From the NCBI GenBank assembly GCA_905178155.1, contig CAJINV010000008.1:558001-622000 (forward strand): a DNA stretch of 64,000 nucleotides. Reading direction: 5' to 3'. Of this stretch, positions 54,528 to 64,000 are shown piece after piece; position 1 is the first letter of the stretch, and each line of letters begins with the position of its first letter. The stretch comes from Amoebophrya sp. A120. Its lineage: Eukaryota > Protista > Dinoflagellata. The translations under genes were made by a program, and so were the position numbers. The notes below the pieces were generated by a model. The model ran no database searches and was not told the DNA's origin. It saw only the letters and a program-made list of their open reading frames with translations.

Positions 54528-57500
54528 CTAATTGTACTGCGAGAAGAAAAATCCAAGATTGGAGTTGAATTCCTCGGAATTCCACTCCAGAGGCACATTT
54601 GACTTTCGTGGCTTTTCGACACGCGGCGCTGCCTCCGGCGCAATGCGTTCGTTGATCACCCCCGCAACCTGGGTGGAGTCCACGAACCGGAGCCGGTTTT
54701 CGACGGGCAAGCAGTTCTCGATCGCGGTGTGAAGTTTCTGCAAGACTTTCGCTTCCACTCGCCCCTCTTTGTGTTCGCGCGCGGTCAACAGCTCAAAGAA
54801 GGAGGTGTACATCCTGGACTCCTCCGCGCACAAATCCTCGCACTGTTTGCGCGCCCAACTGCGGATTTGTTCCACTTTTGTCAAGTACACCAACCGCTCA
54901 GACACCAGCGCCTGCTGCTCATCCAGCTGCAACGGCGTCGGTGGCCCATCCTCCTCGGTGATCATCGGCTCCAGGGGCCAGCAACACTTGTTCGCGTACT
55001 CCTCCAGTTTCGCCAAAAAAGAAAATTCGTACGTCGCACTGTCCTCGCTCCGCTCCCGCGCCGAGAATGGCTCCGCCTCGTCCTCCGCGGTGCCCTTCGC
55101 GATAGCGATTTTCTCGGGAAGCGGACGCGGTTCTGGGATATTCCGGTTCTGCATCAAGGCGTAAACGTTGCACAGCAGCTGGCTGGTCAGGTGATACCGC
55201 TCTGTCTCGACCGCAACCTGCAATTGCAATTATACGGCTAAAATTTGCTTAAGATCTCCGTCTTCATCCACGTCGAGATCGATGTAGAAAACAAAGACTG
55301 CGGTGAATACCGAGGAGGCCAATTATTTTTTTCCTTAAGATCAGTGCGCAAAAGAAATTAAGGTTAGGACAACATCTAGTCTCCGATCGTGCAAATTAAT
55401 ATCTTCGTTCGTGTGGGTGTGGCGTCTTCAAATCATAGATACTAGATGTACTCGATTACCAGAAGCTCGCTGGCAAGGCAGACAGTGTTGACGGCACCAT
55501 CGACAAACCCGCTGGTCTTGATGTCTTCTATGAAGGCCTGCGTCTCTACCCGCTTCTCCTCGCGGAAGGAGGCAAACTTTTCCCGCATCATTTGCAGTCG
55601 GAGGTGAAATTCTGCTCGCGGTTTATCGTCCAAAATCATGTGTGGGTACTCCGCGTTCCATGAGTTGTACGCTACGATGTACTCGTTGAGGAGGCCCTGT
55701 TTTTCCGGCTTCTCGCGCTCCAAAAATGACACGAACGATTCCCGCAGGTGCGACAATCCTTGGGCCGACTCCCGCAGAAGCTGTTCGTACTTTTGCAGGG
55801 CCAGTTTGCACTTCTCCACATACGGGTCTTGGATTTCCAGCCACTGGCCGTGCAGAAGTTCGAGGTACCGATGCTCCAGTTGTCCACACTTTTTCTGTAC
55901 ATCCTCCAGCGGCAGCAGCAACGACACAGCCTCCGGCTCCGGCACGGCCACGTCTTGTTCACTCTGTCCTGCAGCCGCTGCGTCTACTTCCGGCGATGAA
56001 GCTGGGGCGGCTTCTACAGCGACCGCGTCGACTGCCTGCGCCTGCTCCTCCTCCTCCCCTGCTGGTGGCCCCGAGCTGCTCGCTTCGAGAGCAGGCGCTT
56101 GATTGGTTTCCGGAACGGCTTCCTTTGCACTCGTTCGAGCTTCTAGCAACCCCTGCAATCGTTCGCGCACGTTTTCAAACACGTGCTCCGGTGCGTCTTC
56201 GCCGACGACTTGCAGCCGCGGCATCTCCGAAAGTGGCGCAAAGAGCTTCAAAAAGTCGAGCGTCTCGACCTGATTGACATCGAAGAAGTGCATACGCTCC
56301 ACAAACGTACCCTGCGCCTTCTCCTTCAGATCCAAGGCACGCAGGTTTTCGTACCGGATATCGGCAGGCTTCTTTTGCTGATCATCTGCCACGTTGTAGA
56401 CGGTTCTCGTTGTCAGGTCGATCCGCCGGCCCGCAGAGCGCAGCACCACCGCCTCGCAACTCGCTTCGAGCAACAGGTACAGGTCGTACCCTCCTTGTTG
56501 CGGGACGAACGGCTCCGGCACCTTTGCGGGCCCGGGAATCAGCAGCTCGACGGCCAACTTTCGCTGCGCACCCTCGGTCTCCTCGCACTGCGAGGGTTCG
56601 ATAAACCCGCACAGTGCTTTCTCCAAGAGCCGCATCTCCTCGAGCGTTGCAGGAAAGCCAGACAAGACCCACCCCGTCTTCATGGTCGGTTCCAGGCTCT
56701 TCAGCTTGCACACGATCATGCGGACGTACAGCTCCGGCGGTATCACCTCGCCTTCGTCGAGTAGCTGGACCGCGCGCACTCCGCACTCGCGGAGTTGCAT
56801 CAGGTACTCGTTCGCGCTGGCGTCCACACGCGGGGCGTGTGCATTGGCGTGTAGAGAGTCCAAGGACCCCTCTTGCGGCCGGCCCGCGAGGTTCATGGCT
56901 TGCTGGAGAATTTCCGTGCACTCCAGCGCTTCCACGCCGAATTCATCCGCAAGTTTTCGTGCCACGGTCTTCTTCCCGGCCATAGGCTTGCCTTGCAGAA
57001 CGATTCGCAGCGGCACGTCGGGCAGTGGATCCGCCGGAGGAATGATCTGCTGCGGCTCTGGGTACAGCTGCGTGATGATCTCCTTGAGCAACGTCGATAC
57101 CCGGAAGTTTGTCACGCGGCTGCTCACTACGTCAGGCTCCGGTGTTAACTGCAGCTTGTAGGCCTCCGGCAGCTTTTCCAGCTCTTCCTCCGTCAGTATT
57201 CTCCCCCACGGATTGTTCACTTGCTCTTCGTCCGCCCCACCTTGGGGGGCCTTTGCATCCTCCAACCTGTTCGCGCGAAAAATGGATGATCCAGTCACTG
57301 CCCACTGGTCCTTGCCGTGCAGGTAGCTTTCAAAACTTCCTTCGAGCAGCTCCGCAGACTCAAAATCGAGCTTCTGGGAATCGTCATATGGTCCCGCTTG
57401 GTAGGGCCGCGTGGCCGGCTCCTGGTGCTTCCGATACAGGTCCTCCAGCGGTTCGCTGTTAATGAAGCTATCCATCCAGTTTTTCCACGTTCGGTCGTCG

Positions 57501-59453
57501 AGGGCGCGTTGGTCCGTCAACTCCTGTTGCGCGTTCGCCAGGTTGAGGAGCTCGATCATGCTGTCAGTCACTATATTCTCCACCAGGGTGACGTGGTAGG
57601 CTCGGCGACGAGCAACTCGACCGCGTTCCAGCGCGCGGTACCACTTCGCATCGTTCACCTGCGTTGAACCGAACAACTCCTCCACCTGCAGGTCCCGCAG
57701 CTCCCCGTCGCGCGTCTTCTCCGCCTCGTTTTCCCTTTTCCGCTGCGCGTCGTAGTCTTTCATCCGCAGCCGTCGGTCTTCCCGCATGATGGCTTCGTAC
57801 CGACTGGTCTTCCAGACCAGGTAGTTGATACGCTCCTCTTCCACGCAAGGCTTCGTGAGCTGCTGCAACAAATGCTCCTGGAGGTAGGTATCCTCTTCCA
57901 TTTCGTGCTCCTTGGCGAGATCCACCAGGAATCGCCGCCGTCGCTTTTCCCGCTCTTTCCGGGCCAGGTTGCCGGAGACCTTGCTGTCCTTGATCCGTGC
58001 CAAAAAATCCTTTGCGTCCTTCAACAGCACTTCCGGAGCGGGGACCTGCGCGCTCATCGACGACATCAGGTCTTTGGCAGAAAAGGCTTTGGTTGTTCGC
58101 TGCACCAACGCCGCGCCGCCTCCGGTGCTTTCGTCGTCGTCTTCCGAACGACCGTCGTCGTAGTCTTGCTCTGTAGCTTCCTGCATGTCCAAGGGAATGC
58201 TGCTGCTCTCCGCCTCGCCGCTCGTAAACTTGCGCAGATTTCGTTCAAAGTCCGCGATGCCCTGCGTCACCTCTTGTGTCTTCGTCGCGCGAAGGTGGTG
58301 AACCGCTTGGCGCCGGCGGGTCGAGAGGCGCTGTTTGTAACTGGCCTCCAGACGCTCCCGGTGCCGCTGCCGGGAAAGGTTCGCCTTCCAGTCCATCACC
58401 CCCTGCTCGTTCCACTGGTCCATGAAGGCCCGGTTCCGCTCCACTATGTCCAGGCACACCTTGCGGTGCGTTTCGCGGTCGTCCAGCGCCTTTTCTGCAT
58501 CCACTTTGTCCATTTCCGCTGCGAGCATCTGCTGCGAGAGCTTTTCGCGTTCGAATCGGTTGTACCGCGCCTCCCGCCGCTGCAAAGTTGCGTAGGCGCA
58601 TTGGGCACGCAGTCGGTTGACGAAGAACCTGGACTCTTGCGCGTCCGCCGAGGGTTTGGTATCAAATGCAAACATGTCTGGGTCTGGAAACTTGTAATGC
58701 TGAGTGACTTAGCTAGCATGTGGAGGCCACAAATGCTGGCTCAGCATGGAAAAGTTCCTAGGCTTCTACGTGTATTCTGCATGACAAACTGCGTTTCTGG
58801 ATCACAGAAAAATAGGGCTTTTGGGTAAAAACGAGCATGACAGACTTAAGAGTCTTGCTAGCCTAGCATGACAAAACCTTTCCAGACCCAGACATATTTG
58901 CATTCGATATTTGGGAAGACGAAACGACCGCGCAAGCATTTTGGGATCTTTCACTATCAGACTATCGCTGTGCTGGCTCGCCGGCATGCTGGGACGCTGC
59001 GTCATTGCCACGCGGTCTATCACCATCTTGATCTGGTACAGCAGCTTGAGTGCGCATCCCCGCTTTTTGCTCATGATCGCTTCTGCGTCGTGCGGGAGGA
59101 AGCGAATTCTATCCTGTGCAAAAGTATCGTACTCGTATAAATGCATTACAAATTTCCTCAGCAAGAGAAATAAAATTTGTAATGCTGATTTGCCTTTAAT
59201 GCATGACTGCAATACGAGTACGATACTTTTGCAGAGGATAAATTCCGAGGTTCTTCAGATTCGGCTGCAGCTCCGTGAAGTTCGCAATTTGGTCATCGAT
59301 CAGATCGGTGTCTCGAAACCGGCCGGGGAACTCGAGCTGCTGATTGAATTTCGACAGCAGCGCACCAATCTTGTACCCGTTCGCAAGATCGGCCTCCTCC
59401 TTCGCGTCACTGCCGCCGTACTCCTGCACCCACTTCCAGAGAACCTCCGTCAT
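54528..59453 (-). CDS. SPEF2: Sperm flagellar protein 2-like (CH domain, coiled coil, adenylate-kinase-like domain)
   Basis: DLANGYKIGALL..NFTELQPNLKNLGI..ALKLLYQIK; GKPMAGKKT; GWVLSGFPAT. Two TIR introns and an intron at ~55220-55460. Further 3' exons probably extend to ~53900. Confidence 0.8.
58660..58909. mobile_element. IR introner (TGTCTGGGTCTGGAA family), TSD TTTGG
   Basis: TIR related to the 11820 and 12123 elements; TTTGG at 58655-58659 and 58910-58914; removal gives FRLPK|PSADAQ. Confidence 0.94.
59110..59240. mobile_element. IR introner (TATCCTGTGCAAAAGTATCGTACTCGTAT), TSD AATTC
   Basis: 29-bp TIR with 1 mismatch; AATTC at 59105-59109 and 59241-59245; removal gives NLGI|RFLP. Confidence 0.94.
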
Positions 59454-60327
59454 TTTGTTGCCGGATTATATGCGCAGCTACCGTCACCTGTGCGAAAATT
59501 ACTTTGGTTAACGTTTGTTGTATACTTCGTTTTTTTCCCAGCAAGATGCACTTGCGGCTGAGGCCTCACGACGAGCGTGACTGCCCACCTGACCCATTCA
59601 ACATGTCATTATGAACTCCTAGAAAGCACGACATTGATACGCTGAACCTGTGTGCGAGCAGTCGGCCACTGGACGAAACAGTTCTTTCTGCCGCCGAAAC
59701 CTTGTGCACCTCCTTGGCTTTACGAGCCCGCTGCGCGTTTGGTCGTGCGCCCAGCTTTGTTGCGTTTCACATGAATTGATTTGTATGTAACACTAAACCT
59801 TCTTCCGTCCCTATTAAAGCACACATTGCACAGCACGTGACAGCTTGACTTACAACACCTATCGAAGTCCGACGACCCCCACCCCCCGGTTTCGAAAAAC
59901 CGAGTAACAGCTCGACGGTTCGCGCTCTTGCTCGCCTCAGTCTCACACGGAACTTCGAAAATAGTTTTACGGCACATGTCCCCCCGTACGGTAGGATTAC
60001 ACTCGTCGATCGCTCGGATGAAAACACCTCTCACTTGCAGTCCGAGCCCGACAATAAACGCTAAAAAGAACGAAGCCGCAACTATTCTTTCTTTTGATTT
60101 GACCTACCACACTCACAGCAATCCAGAAGCGCGAAAAGAGCATTATTTTCGAACACACAACGAGCCATAGTTTCTTTTGAAGCAAGCGGGCGAAAACAAT
60201 CCTGTCGCTTTTTCGTTTCGATTCGCTTTGTGGTAATTTTATTTCATATCATGTGGATGTGCCGTTAGAGCCCGCGCTACTTTGACAGAGACAATGTTGA
60301 ACAAGCTGCAAATGGGAAACTCTGTGG

Positions 60328-63300
60328 TCAGTCGTTTGACTTGACGGTTTCGTCTATGACCATTTTTCGCTTTTTCTTCCGACCCTGCGTCTGGCCCTGT
60401 TGCGCTCTTCGCGAGCTGTGAAAAACGTCGTCTTCGACTTCTTCGATGGCCTTCCCGCGTACTTGGTTTTTCGTAGGCATCAAGAACACGCCCGACGTCA
60501 TGCTGCCCCCTAGGTCGCTTTTCATCGTTGTCTGTCGGTTCCCATGCCCGTCATCGATCTCCTCCCCGGGGATGGTACTAATTTTATTTCCACCTACTTC
60601 TTCCTCCTCGTCCTGACTTCGCTTGGGCTTCACCGGCGACGTGTTATTGTTGCTGTTCATGGCCTTGACCAAGGTTGAGCGTTTTATTCCCACGCCCGCC
60701 ACCGTCTGCTTCGCGGCCCGGGTCGCAGCGAGCGAATCCTGCTCCTGTTTCTTCAGCGCCGCCAGCCGGTCCTTGTCCAGCTTGGCTTCGTACTCCATCT
60801 TGCGCTGGTTCTCCATGTCCTGCCGGCGCATGGCGTTGTAGTCCGTGCCGGTTTCGCGCACCGAGAAAAACATGGGGCCCATCTCCGCGAGCCAGACCGG
60901 CTCCACCGCGGACACGTAGTTCATGTACTCCTTGGTCGTCAAGACGACCTCGTGGTACACCACGTAGTCGGGCGTGAACCCCATGCCGTACAGCGCCGAC
61001 GTCGGGTGCAGGTGGCACGGCACGGAGGTCCGCAGGTTGATGTACTCCCCCACCCCGCGCATTTTGGCGGCGTTGTGGAAGTAGCCGGAGGTGATGCACT
61101 TCCGGACCGTGTCCCAATCCGTGCCGCAGCTCGTGTTCAGCAGTTTCTGCTGATTCACCAGGTCCTCCAGCTGCATAAACGTCTCGCGCACCTTCTTCAT
61201 GCACTTTGGCTGAATGAAGTGCGTGTTGCACCAGCTCGCGTTGTAGCCGTGCCGCCGCCACTGCTGGTACACGTTCAGCAGCGTCAGGTGGTCCGACTCC
61301 GGCACCTGGAACTTCTCCTTCTGCGCGTCCGATTTTTCCGCCTGCTCCTTGGGGCGGTAGAAGATGTTGGGCGTCTGCAGCATGCTGATCACGATCATCA
61401 CCTCCTGGAGGCACTGCAGCTCGGCGCCCTGCAGCAGCATTTTGGCGAGCGGCGGGTCGACCGGGAAGTCGGACATCTTGCGCCCAATGTCGGTTAAATA
61501 CCCCAGGTTGTCCAAAGCGCCGAGCATCCACAGCTGGTACATGGAGTTTATGATGGTGTCCTGCGGTGGCGGATCGAGAAACTGAAAGTCCAGCAAGTTT
61601 TCCACGCCCAGCGACTTCAGCAGCAGCACCACCTGGGACAGATTCGTGCGCTGGATCTCCGGGATCGACATCTCGTACATCTCCGCGACGAACGCACGCT
61701 CCGTGTATAACCGCCAGCACATGCCCGCCTCCGTCCGGCCCGCGCGCCCCCGGCGCTGGTTCGCGTTGGCCTGGGAGATCGGGGTCACCTGCAGCGAGTC
61801 CATACCGATCTTCGGGTCGTACACCTTCAGCTTGCAGAACCCGCTGTCCACGACGAACTTCACCCCGTCCACGGTCAAACTGGTTTCCGCGATGTTCGTC
61901 GCCACGATCGCCTTGCGGTGGGGCGACGGCTGGAAGATCTTTGCCTGGAGGTCCGAGGGCATGGTGGAGTAGACGGGCAGGATGTTCAGCGGCTTGATGT
62001 TCGGGATCTCTTGCATGCGGTCCGCGAGCAATAGACACGTCGCGTCGATGTCCTCTTGCCCGGTCATGAAGATCAGAATGTCGCCGCGGTCCTGCTGCAC
62101 GTGGATCTCCAGGGCCTGCTGCACGGCAGCATCCACGTAGTCCTGCGCGGCACCCTTTGCGAACAGCGTGTCCACCGGGAAGGTGCGCCCCGGAATGTGG
62201 AACACGGGCACCCCGCCGAAGTACTGCGCGAACCGCGCCGAGTCCATCGTTGCGGAGGTCACGATCAGGCGGAAGTCCCGCCGGCGCGAGGCGGCCTCCT
62301 TCAAAATCCCAAACAAAACGTCGGTGTTCAGGGACCGCTCGTGCGCCTCGTCCATAATCACCGCCGCGTACTTTTCCAGGTCGCAGTCGTTCAGCGTCTC
62401 GCGCAACAGCACCCCGTCCGTCATGTACTTGATCCGGGTGTCCTCCGAAGTGCAGTCCTCGAACCGAATGCTGTACCCGACCAAACCGCCGAGCTCGACC
62501 TCCTTCTCCTCCGACACGCGCTTCGCCACGCTCATCGCGGCCATCCGCCGCGGCTGCGTGCAGCCGATCAGCCCGCCCTCGGAGCAGAAGCCGGCCTCGT
62601 ACAGGTACTGCGTGAGCTGCGTCGTCTTGCCGCTCCCGGTCTCCCCCACGGCAATCACGATCTGGTGCTCGCGCAGCAGACTCAGAAACTCGTCCCGCAC
62701 GGAGAAGACCGGCAGCGCCTCGCGGACCTCCTGCAGCGTGCGGTTCTTCCCGAACTCGGTTTGCGCTTCCTGCTTGATCGCGTTCATCGCGTCCGCGAAC
62801 TGGTTCTCCTTCTTGTAGTCGAGCCGGTCCTCGTCCGCCTCCTCCACCACCGCTTTGTTCTGCTCCTCCTCGTTGGTCTCAATGTTGGCCGTGCCCGCGT
62901 GCGTCTCGGCCGTGACCAACGCGCCCATCGCGGTGTTCTTGTTGTTTGCCTCCCAAAACCGGTCCTTCATTTTGTCTTTCCCCTCCTGGTCGCGGAGCAG
63001 CTTCAGGCTCGCGCAGCCGCTCTTGGCGAGCTTCGCCATGTCGGAGGTGGGATCTTTCACCACCGAGACCATCTCCGCCTGCGTGGTGTAACTGATGCGC
63101 CCGTCGAGGAAGGGCGGCACGGTTTCGCGCACCAAAATGTGCTGCCGACTGCCGGCCGCGTAGTTCTCCTCGTGGAACTTGTCTACGTCGATCTCGCGGT
63201 GCTGGCCCTTGACGCCCGCCTGCCGCATCAACGCCTTCTCCCACTCCTCCATCGCGGCGTTGCGCTCCTTCTCCATCAGCGACTGCTTTTTGCTCTGCAT

Positions 63301-64000
63301 CTGCTTGAACTCCTCCTTCTTCTGCATTTCCTTCTCGAACAGCTCGTTGGCGCTGAGCTGGGCGCCGTACGTGTTCTGCAAGTTGCCGGACCCGCCGTTG
63401 TCGTCCATGTCGTACCAGTCGCGGTCCAGCGCCTGCTCGTCGTACTCGTCCATCTCGATCTCGTGCATCAGCCGCGACTCGTTGAACTCGTCGCCCGTGT
63501 TCTTCACGATGTCGGCCTGCAGCCGGTAGAAATTCTTCTCGTCGCGCTCCACCCCGGCGTTCCAGTCGTAGTCCAGGTCCCGGTACCGCGGGTCGTTTTT
63601 GAATTTGTCGATGTCGTTGTCGTTGTCCTCGTCGCTGCTGTCGCCGCGCATCAGTACCGGCGCCTCCTTCTTCGCGTCCTGCCCGGTCTGCATGCCGCGG
63701 AAGGCCCGGATGCCGCCGCCCACCCGCTCCCCGCGGCTGTTCTTGTCCTTCTTCGCCTTGTCGAACGAGTCCAGGCGCCCCGAGGCCTGGCCGGGGAACA
63801 GCTCGTCGTCGTCCTGCTCGTTCCCCGCGGTCATCAGGTCCACCCGCGCACTGATGCCCTTCTCGCGCTCCTGCTTGCTCAGAAACCGGTCGATGTCGCG
63901 CCCCGAGGTAGAGGCCGCGCTCCCGCCCGCCTCCTCGTTGAGGTTCTTGTTGTGTGGCGGACCAGCGGTGGAAGTTCCTGTGCTGGTCGCGGACTTCGTC
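60328..64000 (-). CDS. PRP16: Pre-mRNA splicing DEAH helicase PRP16/DHX38 (5' end beyond the window)
   Basis: GETGSGKTTQ, TQPRRMAAMSVA, DEAH, SAT, QRRGRAGR, plus the Prp16-type LDRDWY and VVKDPTSDMA motifs. Frame is open to the window edge. Confidence 0.95.
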   Translation of the reverse strand, partial: TKSATSTGTSTAGPPHNKNLNEEAGGSAASTSGRDIDRFLSKQEREKGISARVDLMTAGNEQDDDELFPGQASGRLDSFDKAKKDKNSRGERVGGGIRAFRGMQTGQDAKKEAPVLMRGDSSDEDNDNDIDKFKNDPRYRDLDYDWNAGVERDEKNFYRLQADIVKNTGDEFNESRLMHEIEMDEYDEQALDRDWYDMDDNGGSGNLQNTYGAQLSANELFEKEMQKKEEFKQMQSKKQSLMEKERNAAMEEWEKALMRQAGVKGQHREIDVDKFHEENYAAGSRQHILVRETVPPFLDGRISYTTQAEMVSVVKDPTSDMAKLAKSGCASLKLLRDQEGKDKMKDRFWEANNKNTAMGALVTAETHAGTANIETNEEEQNKAVVEEADEDRLDYKKENQFADAMNAIKQEAQTEFGKNRTLQEVREALPVFSVRDEFLSLLREHQIVIAVGETGSGKTTQLTQYLYEAGFCSEGGLIGCTQPRRMAAMSVAKRVSEEKEVELGGLVGYSIRFEDCTSEDTRIKYMTDGVLLRETLNDCDLEKYAAVIMDEAHERSLNTDVLFGILKEAASRRRDFRLIVTSATMDSARFAQYFGGVPVFHIPGRTFPVDTLFAKGAAQDYVDAAVQQALEIHVQQDRGDILIFMTGQEDIDATCLLLADRMQEIPNIKPLNILPVYSTMPSDLQAKIFQPSPHRKAIVATNIAETSLTVDGVKFVVDSGFCKLKVYDPKIGMDSLQVTPISQANANQRRGRAGRTEAGMCWRLYTERAFVAEMYEMSIPEIQRTNLSQVVLLLKSLGVENLLDFQFLDPPPQDTIINSMYQLWMLGALDNLGYLTDIGRKMSDFPVDPPLAKMLLQGAELQCLQEVMIVISMLQTPNIFYRPKEQAEKSDAQKEKFQVPESDHLTLLNVYQQWRRHGYNASWCNTHFIQPKCMKKVRETFMQLEDLVNQQKLLNTSCGTDWDTVRKCITSGYFHNAAKMRGVGEYINLRTSVPCHLHPTSALYGMGFTPDYVVYHEVVLTTKEYMNYVSAVEPVWLAEMGPMFFSVRETGTDYNAMRRQDMENQRKMEYEAKLDKDRLAALKKQEQDSLAATRAAKQTVAGVGIKRSTLVKAMNSNNNTSPVKPKRSQDEEEEVGGNKISTIPGEEIDDGHGNRQTTMKSDLGGSMTSGVFLMPTKNQVRGKAIEEVEDDVFHSSRRAQQGQTQGRKKKRKMVIDETVKSND

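Noticed and set aside
52717-58828. Long plus-strand ORFs (e.g. 52717-53901, 57872-58828; also 26673-27734)
   Set aside because: Antisense shadows of GC-rich minus-strand genes with no recognisable motifs.

Overview
Gene-dense eukaryotic genomic DNA, most consistent with the parasitic dinoflagellate Amoebophrya (Syndiniales). This is inferred from the unidirectional gene array, the divergent proteins and the non-canonical inverted-repeat introns. All ~22 supportable genes lie on the minus strand: aldo-keto reductase, CDKN3-like phosphatase, a membrane protein, GPR107/TMEM87-like, cytochrome b561-like, DUF4116, LRR/coiled-coil, four secretory-type methyltransferases (one fused to a fucosyltransferase-like domain), plant-type DapB, two paralogous small Cys-rich proteins, RING-ankyrin-2OG oxygenase, a nucleotide-sugar transporter, a glycine-zipper-like protein, a SHIPPO-repeat protein, glomulin-like, SPEF2-like and PRP16. 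The main signal is intron creation by mobile DNA, seen in several forms. (1) Six clear and three decayed MITE-like elements with TAT...ATA terminal inverted repeats; the six clear ones have exact 5-bp target duplications, no GT-AG register and a shared internal GCATNACAA motif, and their exact removal restores the reading frame. (2) A 658-bp fold-back GT-AC intron. (3) A 1.39-kb insertion whose 48-bp flanking duplication contains AG|GT, making it a ready-made canonical intron; an intergenic insertion with a 56-bp duplication has the same architecture. All splicing is inferred from manual reading-frame reconstruction, not from transcripts.
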